From a candidate division WOR-3 bacterium (lineage in GTDB: Bacteria; Hydrothermota; Tepidihabitantia; Tepidihabitantales; Tepidihabitantaceae): a stretch of 64,000 nucleotides of DNA. Numbering within the stretch: the stretch's first letter is position 1; each line of letters begins with the position of its first letter. The stretch covers positions 32,001 through 96,000 of the forward strand of contig CBFGKH010000003.1 of the NCBI GenBank assembly GCA_965649295.1. The letters run 5' to 3'. A model generated the notes under the pieces. It saw only the letters and a program-made list of their open reading frames with translations. It did no database searches and was not told the DNA's origin. This document shows, piece by piece, positions 22,897 to 32,766 of this stretch. The translations under genes were made by a program, and so were the position numbers.

Positions 22897-23886
22897 CTAA
22901 CGGGGATTACTGTCTTCGCGGTGTTCGTCCTCCGGCATGATCAGGAAATCACTCAGTAGTCCATCAATAATCACTGCTGGCCCGCCTCGGCCGATCCGAC
23001 CCGCCACCTTCTGCCCAGAACTCTCGGCCACGACATTGAAGGGTAGTTCGGTCCTGATTTCTCCAAGACGAGTAACACCTCCCACTTGCAGCGGCAGACC
23101 GGGTCGCACATTCAATTCGACCGTTCCCAACTCCGACGCCAGATTGAGCAGGTCCAGTTCTGGCGAATCCACCCACGCCGCCACTCTTCCGCAGCGGTTG
23201 GCGATTTGCAACCTGCCTTGGCCGTGCCGAGCAAGCACATTACCAAAGCGGTTCGTTATGTGCACGTCGCCATTGGACCCGTCAGCATCAACTCGGCCAT
23301 AACTGTTCTCAACTTCTACCCGACCGCTTGTCCTACGCAGCGCGACATTGCCAAAGGCGTTATCAATAGTAGCCGGCCCTTCGACCCAGAACAACCGCAC
23401 GTCACCATACCGATTCTCAACCTCAATCTGGCGGCAGCGTTCCACTTCTACCACTCCATAACGATTGCTAACAAAGCTAGCCCGGCGTAGACCTTCAAGA
23501 CGAACATCGCCAAACGAGTTGCGGATATCAACCTCAGCCTGCTCCGGCAGCCAAAGCTCCAAGTTCACCTCGTACCCGAGATTCTTATCAGGCGCTCGGC
23601 CACTCGGATAGGCTGTGGCTACAACGATCGAATCGTCTCCAGGGTTAACCGCAACAGCAATCTGCTCGGCGACCCGCCGAGCTATCGGCTCGGAACCGGC
23701 TCTGACGAGTGTACGTGCGGCCAGCCGCGGCGCGGCCGTATCACTGCCAAAGACAACTACGTTACCGTAACGGTGAGCGACGATGACCTTGCGTGCTGCC
23801 GGCAACCGGCTATGAAAAACCCGCTCATACTCGGCTGCTCCCACCAGCAGCACCAGGACACCCAAGCTGATAAGAATCCGTCGCAT
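22897..23886 (-). CDS. DUF4097-like beta-strand repeat (putative adhesin) protein
   Basis: Signal peptide MRRILISL; repeated xNxYG/FGxV motifs. Confidence 0.8.
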   Translation of the reverse strand: MRRILISLGVLVLLVGAAEYERVFHSRLPAARKVIVAHRYGNVVVFGSDTAAPRLAARTLVRAGSEPIARRVAEQIAVAVNPGDDSIVVATAYPSGRAPDKNLGYEVNLELWLPEQAEVDIRNSFGDVRLEGLRRASFVSNRYGVVEVERCRQIEVENRYGDVRLFWVEGPATIDNAFGNVALRRTSGRVEVENSYGRVDADGSNGDVHITNRFGNVLARHGQGRLQIANRCGRVAAWVDSPELDLLNLASELGTVELNVRPGLPLQVGGVTRLGEIRTELPFNVVAESSGQKVAGRIGRGGPAVIIDGLLSDFLIMPEDEHREDSNPR

Positions 23887-24422
23887 CAATCGCCGTCCGC
23901 TGCCAGCCTGTCCATCGTCAGATTGCGACCACTCTGAGCGCCGACATAGGCGGCCCGCACCCGCGGATGCCCAGGATTCTCCTGCAGCGCCGCTTCGCAC
24001 TCACGAATCGCCGCTTCGATTCCGCGGACGTAGTCCTGATAGTCACGTTGTACTTGGGCCGCTGCTACGAACTCACTTCGCGCCGGCTTACCGGCAATCA
24101 GTCTTGTCTTGGCAAAATTCCCCAATCGCAGCCCCATCACGAATGCCAGCAGCACTGCTGCTGCCAGGGCCGGCACACCAAACCAGTACCAGCGCACTGC
24201 ACCCCGCCGCTGACTCACTCGGGCCGAGATTCGTTGCCAAAGTTCAGGGCTGGGCTCGCGCAGCGGCAATGCTCTCGCCTCATCACGCAACACCCTGATG
24301 TCGGCGACCGCCTCGCGGCAACGTGGGCAGCCAGCAATATGCTCAGCCACCTCTCCGGATTCTGCCGCGGTCAGGTCACCCTCGATGTAGGCGCTCAGGA
24401 CCTCATCACTCAAATGCTCCAT
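23886..24422 (-). CDS. Zinc-finger (zf-HC2) anti-sigma factor
   Basis: HIAGCPRC, single TM. Confidence 0.9.
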   Translation of the reverse strand: MEHLSDEVLSAYIEGDLTAAESGEVAEHIAGCPRCREAVADIRVLRDEARALPLREPSPELWQRISARVSQRRGAVRWYWFGVPALAAAVLLAFVMGLRLGNFAKTRLIAGKPARSEFVAAAQVQRDYQDYVRGIEAAIRECEAALQENPGHPRVRAAYVGAQSGRNLTMDRLAADGD

Positions 24423-24437
24423 CTAACTCCTTTCTCA

Positions 24438-24980
24438 TCAGACGTCCTTTAGCCATCTCAGACTCTCGATATAGGGCGCCAGTTCACGGCGCAGAAAAGC
24501 CCGCGCCCGGTGCAACTGCGACTTGCTCGCACCTTCGCTTATGCCGAGAATCTGCGCAATCTCTGTATGTTTCAAGCCCTGAATATCATAGAGCACAAAG
24601 ACCTCACGATACCCAGGGGGGAGCCGCGGCAACACTCCCTCAATCAATCGCCCCACGCTGAGTGGTTGTGAGGGAATGTTCGTCACTTCCTCAAGCGGAA
24701 CAGTGCGCCGCAGCTTTCGTCGCCGCAGGAAGTCAAGACAGGCATTGACGGTGATGCGGTATATCCAGGTTGAAAGCGAAGCGTCGCCCCGAAACGACCC
24801 AAGCTTCTTGAACACCTTGATAAACACATCTTGAGTGATGTCCTCGGCGTCGGCATGATTCGCAACCATACGATAGGCGGTGCTGAAGACGCGCGACCTG
24901 TACTCTTTGTAGAGCTTCTCAAAATGTGCCTCGCTGTCCGAAGCGCAGGCTTCATCTAGCTGCATCAATACTGGCATCAC
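24438..24980 (-). CDS. ECF sigma factor
   Basis: DAEDITQDVF, TWIYRI, SKSQLHRAR. Confidence 0.93.
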   Translation of the reverse strand: MMPVLMQLDEACASDSEAHFEKLYKEYRSRVFSTAYRMVANHADAEDITQDVFIKVFKKLGSFRGDASLSTWIYRITVNACLDFLRRRKLRRTVPLEEVTNIPSQPLSVGRLIEGVLPRLPPGYREVFVLYDIQGLKHTEIAQILGISEGASKSQLHRARAFLRRELAPYIESLRWLKDV

Positions 24981-24996
24981 TGTGTTATCAAGAGAT

Positions 24997-25023
24997 TAGA
25001 CGTCTGCCTCCTGCCGCGGTTGC
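24997..25023 (-). promoter_or_regulatory. Probable autoregulatory ECF promoter
   Basis: GCAAC-N16-CGTCTA directly upstream of the ECF gene. Confidence 0.6.
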
Positions 25024-25180
25024 CTCGCGCCCACCCACCTTTCAACCATACTCAGGTATGCGGCAGGCGGACCTGATATCTATCATTCTGACAACCTGAT
25101 ACTTAGCATGAATCAACCTGCCAGACGCTGATACTCTGCCTTTCACGCTCAAACCCAGCTAGCGGCTGTAACATCATCAA

Positions 25181-26074
25181 TCAATCATCGGCGCGACCCA
25201 GTAATCTGAGTAACCTTACCGCCCGCAATGCACTCGCCTCCTTATCTTTGATTTCGAGCATTACATCGATCTCGATTCCGTTGACGGCGACAAGGAAGTG
25301 CCGAAAGTCACCGATGTCAATGTGTTCGCAGTGCGCCCCAGGTCGGCTGTTTGGCTGCTGTGACGAGTAGTCAACGATTGGCCGACCGTCGGCTCGCCGC
25401 CACGTAGCCGCGCACCGGCGGACGGCTTCGGCAACCGGCTCACCCGACGAGTTGAGCCGGTGATGAAAGACATCAAACACCACCGGGATGCCAATTCTCT
25501 GGCTGACTTCAAGACAGTCGGCCACTGTGTAGATTCGGTCGTCGTTCTCAATCACCAGCCGACGTCGGACTGCCACTGGCAACAGCTCATACTGCCGGCA
25601 GAAGGCATCCTTGCTCGCTCCTTTGTCGCCATAGGCCGCACCAAGATGAATCTGGACCTTAGCCGACCGACTAAGCACCATCAGGTCGAGTATCTGCGTC
25701 TGATACAAGAGCTCAGCCACACTAGTGCGCACGACTTTACGGTCGTGAGCATTGAGCAGGACAAACTGGTCTGGGTGCAACCCAACGCGCATCTGGTGCT
25801 GACGCACGTAACGACCGAGCTGGGCAAACTCGGCGCCAAATCTACGGCCCCAGTCAAATCGGCAGATCGGATGCGACGCAAATGGCACTAGGTCTGATGT
25901 GATGCGAAAGAACCGAATACCGTGCCGGCGGTTCCACTCCAGTGTCTTAGCCAGGCATTGGAGATTCTGTTCCACCGTGCTGACCAGCCGTTCTTCCGAG
26001 TATGAGCCTAGTCGAAACGTGCGCGCCGAGGTGCAACCGACCGATCGATTGATACAGGCGTAGCCGACACGCAC
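25181..26074 (-). CDS. uvsE: UV DNA damage endonuclease
   Basis: GYAC, FFRITSDLVPFASHP, HPDQF, IENDD, DVFHH, MLEIKDKE. Confidence 0.95.
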   Translation of the reverse strand: MRVGYACINRSVGCTSARTFRLGSYSEERLVSTVEQNLQCLAKTLEWNRRHGIRFFRITSDLVPFASHPICRFDWGRRFGAEFAQLGRYVRQHQMRVGLHPDQFVLLNAHDRKVVRTSVAELLYQTQILDLMVLSRSAKVQIHLGAAYGDKGASKDAFCRQYELLPVAVRRRLVIENDDRIYTVADCLEVSQRIGIPVVFDVFHHRLNSSGEPVAEAVRRCAATWRRADGRPIVDYSSQQPNSRPGAHCEHIDIGDFRHFLVAVNGIEIDVMLEIKDKEASALRAVRLLRLLGRADD

Positions 26075-26076
26075 TG

Positions 26077-27027
26077 CTAGCTATCGCGGCCTTTGCCCGA
26101 ATCGCTGATGCTCACCAGCTCGTCCGGATATGGTGCAAAGAAGGTTTGAGCTGCGAGATAACGCTCTTCAAAGCGAATCGCCCAAGAGCGCAACACCGCC
26201 GTGGGCACCGACAGCGGCACCCGCCCACGCCGATATCGCTCAAGGATGTCAAGAAACATCGCCTTCTCGGCCGAGCTGAGCCGGTCGCGAAAGTAACCGA
26301 GTGCATGCATCAGTACATTGATTGCGGCAGTGTACTTGGCTGGACGAGCAAACGCAGTTGGCAGCAGGCGACCGTATTCGGCAAAAACCTGTTCAACCGG
26401 TCGGTGTTCTGAATTGGCAACGACTCGCCCCAAAGTACGCATCACCCGCTCATCGTACGCCAACAGCAGATACTTGTTCTCAGTGTGGAACTTGACCAGG
26501 GCACCCATCGAACGTTCCAGACACCGAAAACGGACAGCGGCAAAGAGCTGACAAAGGAACCGCTCACGGACCAGGAAGTTGCGTAGCCGACCCTCATCCT
26601 CGACTGCTCTGTCCGCAAATCGCTTCAGAACCGCACCACCGAAGAAACCCTGCCGCTCGGCTGACGACAAGACCATCCCTGACTCGCCGTAAACCTTCAC
26701 ATCGCGAAACCCACACGACGGCGAACGTGACTTGAGCACAAAGCCATCAACGCTATCAAGGCCGCCAAGAAAACTGTCGCTGAAAGCTCTCATCAGGTCA
26801 GTAACGTCCCGGCTCGTTGCCGGCTGAATCAGCCGCAAGCCAGCACCAGTACGCACCACCCGGATCGGCTCACGCGGCACCCCCAGGCCAATCTCTACCT
26901 CTGGACAGACCGGCAAGAAATCAACGTGTTCGCCCAACTTGCGGACGAACTCGTCTTCGATGATCTCGCCATTGTAACGACAGTGATCGAATCCAAGACA
27001 ACGTGAGACAACAACCCGCGGCCGCAT
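26077..27027 (-). CDS. DUF523-DUF1722 fusion (YbgA/RudS-like thiouridine desulfidase)
   Basis: SRCLG..CRYNG, CPEVEIGLGVPR, KSRSPSCG, EDEGRL, NVLMHALGYF. Confidence 0.92.
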   Translation of the reverse strand: MRPRVVVSRCLGFDHCRYNGEIIEDEFVRKLGEHVDFLPVCPEVEIGLGVPREPIRVVRTGAGLRLIQPATSRDVTDLMRAFSDSFLGGLDSVDGFVLKSRSPSCGFRDVKVYGESGMVLSSAERQGFFGGAVLKRFADRAVEDEGRLRNFLVRERFLCQLFAAVRFRCLERSMGALVKFHTENKYLLLAYDERVMRTLGRVVANSEHRPVEQVFAEYGRLLPTAFARPAKYTAAINVLMHALGYFRDRLSSAEKAMFLDILERYRRGRVPLSVPTAVLRSWAIRFEERYLAAQTFFAPYPDELVSISDSGKGRDS

Positions 27028-27031
27028 ATCC

Positions 27032-27898
27032 CTACCGTGGAGGCAGGTTTGCCATTACCGCCAGACCGATGGGCAGACCGCTGGTGTCGAGCTCAACCGT
27101 CACAATCTGGTACTCGGCATCGAACCGCTCAGCCGGGTCATCGGTCTGAAGACTGCGGCCACCAAGAAAAGGCGACACAGCGATCACCCGACCGCGCCCC
27201 AGTCCACTGCCCGTCTCCGCGTCGAAGAGCTCATACTCATCGCCAATCCTGACCCGATCGCGCCAGAATGATTCAACAAAGAGCCGCACCTGCTGTCGGG
27301 CCGAGCCCAGTGTTACCTTTGAATCATCGCCCGCCACCAACGTCTGTCCCAGTCGAACATCAAGTTTGTAAACAATGCCGTCTGCCGGCGCATCGAGTGT
27401 GAGCTGAGCCCAACGGGCGACCGCCAGTGACACCTCGGCCTTCGCCGCTGCCAGCGCTGCCGAATCGGCTGCCTGCCACAGGAGGGCTTCCCGATACTGC
27501 TGTTCCGAAACACCCTGAACGGCATATAGGGCGGCGGTCCGCTCAAACGCCTCCCGGCTAATCTGGTAAGCCTGTTCAGCCGCGGCTGCCCGAGCCTGAG
27601 CTGCTCGTAACTGTGCCCGCTCAACTGACCGCTCCAGCTCAACAAGCTCCTGACCGTCATAGACTCGGTCACCTTCTTTCACATAGACAGCAGTCACCCG
27701 CCGCGTCACCGGCGCACTGGCGAGCACTGCTCCGCCCAATGGTTCAACTGTGCCATATACTCTCGCCGGACTGCGCGGCAGGTCCGGTGCGACCGGCTGC
27801 CGCTTGCGGGGCGCTGCCCGCACCAGCGCTACGCCGATAATCAGCACAACAACAAAACTACCGACCCAGAACAACAAACCACCGATTCGCCGCCTCAT
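27032..27898 (-). CDS. HlyD/DevB-like membrane fusion protein
   Basis: N-terminal TM, lipoyl-like VKEGDRV, helical hairpin, APADG. Confidence 0.85.
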   Translation of the reverse strand: MRRRIGGLLFWVGSFVVVLIIGVALVRAAPRKRQPVAPDLPRSPARVYGTVEPLGGAVLASAPVTRRVTAVYVKEGDRVYDGQELVELERSVERAQLRAAQARAAAAEQAYQISREAFERTAALYAVQGVSEQQYREALLWQAADSAALAAAKAEVSLAVARWAQLTLDAPADGIVYKLDVRLGQTLVAGDDSKVTLGSARQQVRLFVESFWRDRVRIGDEYELFDAETGSGLGRGRVIAVSPFLGGRSLQTDDPAERFDAEYQIVTVELDTSGLPIGLAVMANLPPR

Positions 27899-27949
27899 CT
27901 TACCACCTCTTATCAACTATCATGCTGCCAATCCTACTGCAACCGGACA

Positions 27950-28654
27950 TCATCCCTTCCGTCCCTGCCGGCTGTCATAGACAATCGCTCCATCTTCCAT
28001 CTTGACTAGTCGGTCAGCATAAGGGAAGACCCGCGGGTCGTGAGTTACCAGCACTACCGCCCGTTTCGGGTCGTGGGCAATCTCCTTCAGTGCTTCCAGT
28101 ACCACATGGCTCGAATCGACATCCAACGCCGATGTCGGCTCATCACACAGCACCAGCACCGGGTCACCGATCAGCGCCCGGGCGATGCCCACCCGTTGCT
28201 GCTGTCCACCGGAAAGCTGCTGGGGACGAACATTCTCGTATCCGGCCATTCCCAGTCCGGCCAGCAGTTCAAGTGCCTGCAGCCTTGTCTTCTGGTCGAT
28301 GCGCCCTCCCTGCACTGCCGCTGCAATCAATACATTGTCCAGCACCGTCAGTGCCGGCACGAGCGCTGCCTGCTGGAAGACAAAGCCATAGCGCTGCTGC
28401 CGAATTGTCGCCAAGGCATCTTCGTCCAATCCTGCCACATCCTGACCGGCAACAACTATTCGGCCGCTTGTCGGCGCAAGCACCAGTCCCATGATTGTCA
28501 GCAGTGTTGTCTTGCCCGAACCGGAAGGCCCGGCCAAGGCTGTCAGCTCACCAGGCAGGATGTCAATCGTCGTCTCTTTCAGCACGCGCCGGGTCGTCCG
28601 GCCATCTGAGAAATCGCGGACGACCCCCTGCAGACTGAGCACCGGTGTTGCCAT
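27950..28654 (-). CDS. ABC exporter ATPase (DevA/LolD-like)
   Basis: GPSGSGKT, LSGGQQQR, DEPT, VTHD. Confidence 0.95.
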   Translation of the reverse strand: MATPVLSLQGVVRDFSDGRTTRRVLKETTIDILPGELTALAGPSGSGKTTLLTIMGLVLAPTSGRIVVAGQDVAGLDEDALATIRQQRYGFVFQQAALVPALTVLDNVLIAAAVQGGRIDQKTRLQALELLAGLGMAGYENVRPQQLSGGQQQRVGIARALIGDPVLVLCDEPTSALDVDSSHVVLEALKEIAHDPKRAVVLVTHDPRVFPYADRLVKMEDGAIVYDSRQGRKG

Positions 28655-29776
28655 CTAGCGAAACGCGGCTGCTGGCTCGATGCGCAAGGCCCGCCGCAAG
28701 GCGATTGCCGACCCAGCGATGCAGAGCAGAAACGTCAGCAGGACATGCACCAGTGGCACCCAATAAGGCAGGTTAGCCGGTAGCCGCGAGCCCTGAACCC
28801 CCAAGAGGAACCCGGCCAGCAGCAGAAATCCAATCATAATACCCACCAACCCAATCGTCAGCGCCTGAAAGAGAATGATAAGAAAGACATCCCGCGCCCG
28901 GGCCCCCAATGCCCGCAGCACGGCAAAGTCGCGCTGCCGATTGAGCACATTCGTGTACATCGTCAGGGTGATGATAACGACACCAACCAGGACACCGATA
29001 ACCGTCGAGAACCCAAAGCTCGAACCAATACCGGTCCGCGTCAGATTGTAAACCTTGGTATTGATAGCCAGTTCGCCCACCGTGAGCGCCTCGGCCTTGG
29101 GCAGCACTGCCCGGATGAGCTCCAATGCCCGGGACAGGTTTGTCCCCGGCCGCAGCCTGACAAGAATATTGCTGCAGCGGTCGCCCGGCAGCCGGACCAG
29201 TTCGCGGGCCTTGGCCAGACTAGTGAAGACCAGTGGCGCACCAAAAGCCCGAGCACCGCTGGTGAAACCAGCGATACGGACCCGGCGCGAGTTGACCTCT
29301 ACAATCTGGTCGAGCTGAGGATTGCCGAGCTCTGCCAGGTCCAGCCGGTCAATAGTGACGTTGCCATAGGCAAGCAGCAGACTCCCTGTGCCTTGAGCAA
29401 ACTGCCACGGCCCACCGGCCAGCCGCGGCCGAGCGCAGCCGACCACCTGGACCGGCCGTGAGGTGCCATCTGCCAGCCGGAGCTGTGCCCCGGCATAGAT
29501 GACCGGCTCGGCCCACTCGATCTCATTCAGCGCCATCAACCGGTCAACATACCGGATCGGCAATGTGCCGGTTGAGTTCGTGTTATTGACATTTCGCGGC
29601 ACCACCCAGATATCAGCACCACTGTTGTCAATCAATGCCGACATCAAGGTCAGCAACCCAAATAGCACCGCCAGCTGCTGCCCGACCAGAAAGACGATTG
29701 CCACCACGCCCAGCACTGCACCGGCAGTAGTTGACCGCTCGTGCGCCAGCATCTGCACCGCAACTCGCCGTCGCAC
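28655..29776 (-). CDS. ABC exporter permease (DevC/FtsX-like)
   Basis: ADIWVV, FAVLRALGA, 4 TMs. Confidence 0.9.
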   Translation of the reverse strand: MRRRVAVQMLAHERSTTAGAVLGVVAIVFLVGQQLAVLFGLLTLMSALIDNSGADIWVVPRNVNNTNSTGTLPIRYVDRLMALNEIEWAEPVIYAGAQLRLADGTSRPVQVVGCARPRLAGGPWQFAQGTGSLLLAYGNVTIDRLDLAELGNPQLDQIVEVNSRRVRIAGFTSGARAFGAPLVFTSLAKARELVRLPGDRCSNILVRLRPGTNLSRALELIRAVLPKAEALTVGELAINTKVYNLTRTGIGSSFGFSTVIGVLVGVVIITLTMYTNVLNRQRDFAVLRALGARARDVFLIILFQALTIGLVGIMIGFLLLAGFLLGVQGSRLPANLPYWVPLVHVLLTFLLCIAGSAIALRRALRIEPAAAFR

Positions 29777-29785
29777 CGCTCTCTC

Positions 29786-30838
29786 CTAGCTATGACTCCG
29801 GCCAGCCAGCCCAAGACCGGCAGCGGGGGCACGAGCAAGACTATCGGCAACAACCACTCCCTGCCCGGCCAACTTCTCCGCTGCCAGCCTTGCAGCCCGA
29901 CCGCCCAGCACAACTCCGGGCACCCGTGCCTTGTCGCCAACCAGTCGAAGCCGAGTGGCCAGCTCCCGGGCCGCAATCAGGTTGGCAATCATTGTCACCG
30001 AAAGAAACACAACGTCGGGACCAAAACCGCTGACTGCTCTTGCGATATCGTCTGCGGGTGCGCTTCGGCCGACAAAGAAAACATCCCATCCCTGCAGCCG
30101 CAATTCCTCGGCCAGCACCTCTGCCCCAAAAGAATGTTCCTCCCCGGGCACGCAGGCTACCAGTGCTCGCAAGTCAAGGTTTGGCGCGGGGGACATCGCC
30201 TCCGCCAGTCTCAACACTGCATAACGGCAGACCTCGGTGGCAGCATGTTCGTCAGCCACGCTCAACTGGCCGTGGGCCCAGCGCCGCCCCACCTCGGCCA
30301 TCACCGGCAGCACCGACTCCTCAACAATGCTGGCAAACCGGCGGCCATGCCTGGCCCAGGCCTGCAGCAGTTCAACTGCGGCACGCCGTCGGCGCTGACT
30401 GATGAGCACAAACAGCGCCTGAGCCTCTGGCCCCAGTTGGGATTCGACGCCGATTGGCAGCTCGGGTATCCTGCCCGTGTTCCCAGCAATATTCCGCACC
30501 GCATCAATCGGTCCGACCAGGGTCCGAGCCTGCTCCGCTGGTAACCGGCTGCTGATTGCCACACTCCAGCTTTCCAGCACTCGGCCGAGCGCAGTCGGCT
30601 CCTCGCCGTGCGCAGCCAACACCATTCCCAGCCAACGTACTTCCGCCAGCAGTTCGGCCAGCAACTCGAACTCATAGACGCCAACCAGCGCCATTCCGAA
30701 ACGCCGACTTGACTCCAGTAGCAGTTCTGAGGCCTTGCCGCCAATCAGCAACCGCTGTGCCACAAGTTGCTCGAGTTCGGGTAGTAGTTCCCGCAGCCGC
30801 TGGGCCGGCGTCACTGAGCTTGTTGACTTCTCTTCCAT
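29786..30838 (-). CDS. Cobalamin-binding protein with CarH-type photoreceptor motifs and no HTH
   Basis: W-x9-EH (WAHGQLSVADEH), GEEHSFG, SVT, VVLGG. Confidence 0.88.
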   Translation of the reverse strand: MEEKSTSSVTPAQRLRELLPELEQLVAQRLLIGGKASELLLESSRRFGMALVGVYEFELLAELLAEVRWLGMVLAAHGEEPTALGRVLESWSVAISSRLPAEQARTLVGPIDAVRNIAGNTGRIPELPIGVESQLGPEAQALFVLISQRRRRAAVELLQAWARHGRRFASIVEESVLPVMAEVGRRWAHGQLSVADEHAATEVCRYAVLRLAEAMSPAPNLDLRALVACVPGEEHSFGAEVLAEELRLQGWDVFFVGRSAPADDIARAVSGFGPDVVFLSVTMIANLIAARELATRLRLVGDKARVPGVVLGGRAARLAAEKLAGQGVVVADSLARAPAAGLGLAGRSHS

Positions 30839-30847
30839 TAACTGCAA

Positions 30848-30876
30848 ATGCTACAACCACGGCTGCCAATTGGCAA
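30848..30876 (-). promoter_or_regulatory. Promoter of the B12/UV operon with a palindrome over the -35
   Basis: TTGCCA-N17-TAGCAT; perfect palindrome TGCCAATTGGCA at 30864-30875. Confidence 0.55.
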
Positions 30877-30911
30877 ATCAACCCCGTCATCCACAGCGGC
30901 ACCCCACCCCT

Positions 30912-30939
30912 TAGACAAAACCCAATCTAGCGCTATAAT
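30912..30939 (+). promoter_or_regulatory. sigma70-type promoter (leaderless candidate)
   Basis: TAGACA-N16-TATAAT, 8 nt before ATG 30948. Confidence 0.65.
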
Positions 30940-30947
30940 CGGCGCTC

Positions 30948-32759
30948 ATGCATTTCCACGACTTCGATGCAATTGACATCGAAGACACCAGACTCAAAGG
31001 CAGCGCCAAGGTCTATGTCCGGCGACTGTGGCCGTTCTTTCAGCGCTACCAGCGACTGATTATCGGTGCTTGTCTTGCGCTTTTGGTCTCAACCGGACTG
31101 GGACTACTGGGCCCGGTCCTGCTCAAGCGGGCAATTGACCACGACATCGCGCTCGGCGACCTGCGTGGACTGGCAGTCACATCGCTACTCTACCTTGCGC
31201 TGCAGGGTGGCGTGCTGATTGCTGCCTATCTCCAGAACTTCTGGCTTGCCCTGGTCGGCGAACGCGGCGCGGCCAATCTCAAACAGGCCCTATTTGAGCA
31301 TCTGCTCGAAGTGCCGATGGCATTCTTTGACCGCAACCCGGTCGGCCGGCTGATATCGCGGGTCGAGAGCGACACCGAGGCCCTGAAGATGCTTTTCACC
31401 CGGACAACCGTCACCATCCTGCAAAGCGGCCTGATGCTCATCGGCATGAGCGTCGTCATGGGCCTCACGAGCTGGCGACTCTACCTGCTCGTCGTAATCC
31501 TGCTGCCGCCTTTTGCTGTTGCCTTCTGGCTGTTCCAGAAAAAGGTAAGACCGGTCTATCTCGACGTTCGCAAGACTGTGGCCGAGACCAACACACTCGT
31601 CGCCGAAGCCCTGCGAGGCCTGCCCGTCATTCAGCTCTTCAACCAGCAACGCCGATTTGCTGCCCGAATGGACGAACTGAACCGACGCAAGTTCCGGCAG
31701 GAGATTAGGGCCCAAGTGATGTGGAGTTTGGTCTGGTTTCTCGTTGACTTCGGCGAGATTGCCGCTGTCGGCCTGGTACTCGGGTTCGGTGGGGTGCTGG
31801 CCCTACGCGGACAGTTGACCATCGGCACCCTATTCCTCTTTGCCGCCTACATCACGCGACTGTTCGGGCCGCTGCGGGCAATATCAGACCAGATCAACAT
31901 GATGCAGCGGGCATTCGTCGCTGCCGAACGGACGTTTCATCTGCTCGACCAACCGCTCGAACCAGCCGGCCAGCCTGTTGCTCGACCACTACAGCTCGAA
32001 CGCGAGATCGTCTGCGAGCACGTTGACTTTGCCTATGACGGCCAAGAACTGGTTCTCCGCGACATCAGCCTGACAGTTCGTCGCGGCGAGAAGGTAGCAC
32101 TGGTGGGTGAGACCGGTGGCGGCAAGACATCCATCGTCAACCTGCTGCTCAAGTTCTACCTCTACCAGCGCGGTCGAATCCGCTACGACGACGAGGACCT
32201 GGCCACGATCGACCGGAAGCGACTACGCCAGGCAGTTGGATTTGTGCCCCAGGAAGTACTGATGTTCCCGGGCACGGTCCTCGACAACCTGCGCATGTTC
32301 GACGAGACCGTGCCCCGCGAGCAGGTGATTGCCGCGGCCAAACGGGTAAGGGTGCACGAGGCGATTGAACGATTTCCGCAGGGCTACGATTCAGTATTGA
32401 CTGAGGGCGGCGCCAACTTCTCCTTGGGCGAACGCCAACTGCTGGCATTTGCCCGGGCCCTGGTGCGTGACCCCCAGCTCCTCATCCTCGACGAAGCGAC
32501 CTCCTCGGTTGATCCGCATACTGAACAACTGATTCAGGCTGGACTCGCCGAACTGCTCGCGGGACGGACCGCCATCATCGTTGCCCATCGGCTGGCAACG
32601 ATTCGGATGGCCGACCGCGTGGTCGTGATTCACAAAGGCCGGGTAGCCGAAACCGGCACCCACGATGAACTTCTCAGTCGCAACGGCATCTACGCGCGAT
32701 TGTACCGACTGCAGTACGTCGGACAGGAAAGTGCCACCGCCAGTGGCGAAGCAGGCTAG
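30948..32759 (+). CDS. Heterodimeric multidrug-type ABC exporter subunit (TMD+NBD)
   Basis: GETGGGKT, degenerate FSLGERQ, DEATSSVD. Confidence 0.95.
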   Translation: MHFHDFDAIDIEDTRLKGSAKVYVRRLWPFFQRYQRLIIGACLALLVSTGLGLLGPVLLKRAIDHDIALGDLRGLAVTSLLYLALQGGVLIAAYLQNFWLALVGERGAANLKQALFEHLLEVPMAFFDRNPVGRLISRVESDTEALKMLFTRTTVTILQSGLMLIGMSVVMGLTSWRLYLLVVILLPPFAVAFWLFQKKVRPVYLDVRKTVAETNTLVAEALRGLPVIQLFNQQRRFAARMDELNRRKFRQEIRAQVMWSLVWFLVDFGEIAAVGLVLGFGGVLALRGQLTIGTLFLFAAYITRLFGPLRAISDQINMMQRAFVAAERTFHLLDQPLEPAGQPVARPLQLEREIVCEHVDFAYDGQELVLRDISLTVRRGEKVALVGETGGGKTSIVNLLLKFYLYQRGRIRYDDEDLATIDRKRLRQAVGFVPQEVLMFPGTVLDNLRMFDETVPREQVIAAAKRVRVHEAIERFPQGYDSVLTEGGANFSLGERQLLAFARALVRDPQLLILDEATSSVDPHTEQLIQAGLAELLAGRTAIIVAHRLATIRMADRVVVIHKGRVAETGTHDELLSRNGIYARLYRLQYVGQESATASGEAG

Positions 32760-32766
32760 TGACCCG

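Noticed and set aside
25071..25135. Recurrent ACCTGATA/CTGATACT words upstream of the ECF gene
   Set aside because: Short, irregularly spaced and not distinguishable from chance by eye
29741..30544. 267-aa plus-strand ORF
   Set aside because: Antisense to the B12-binding gene
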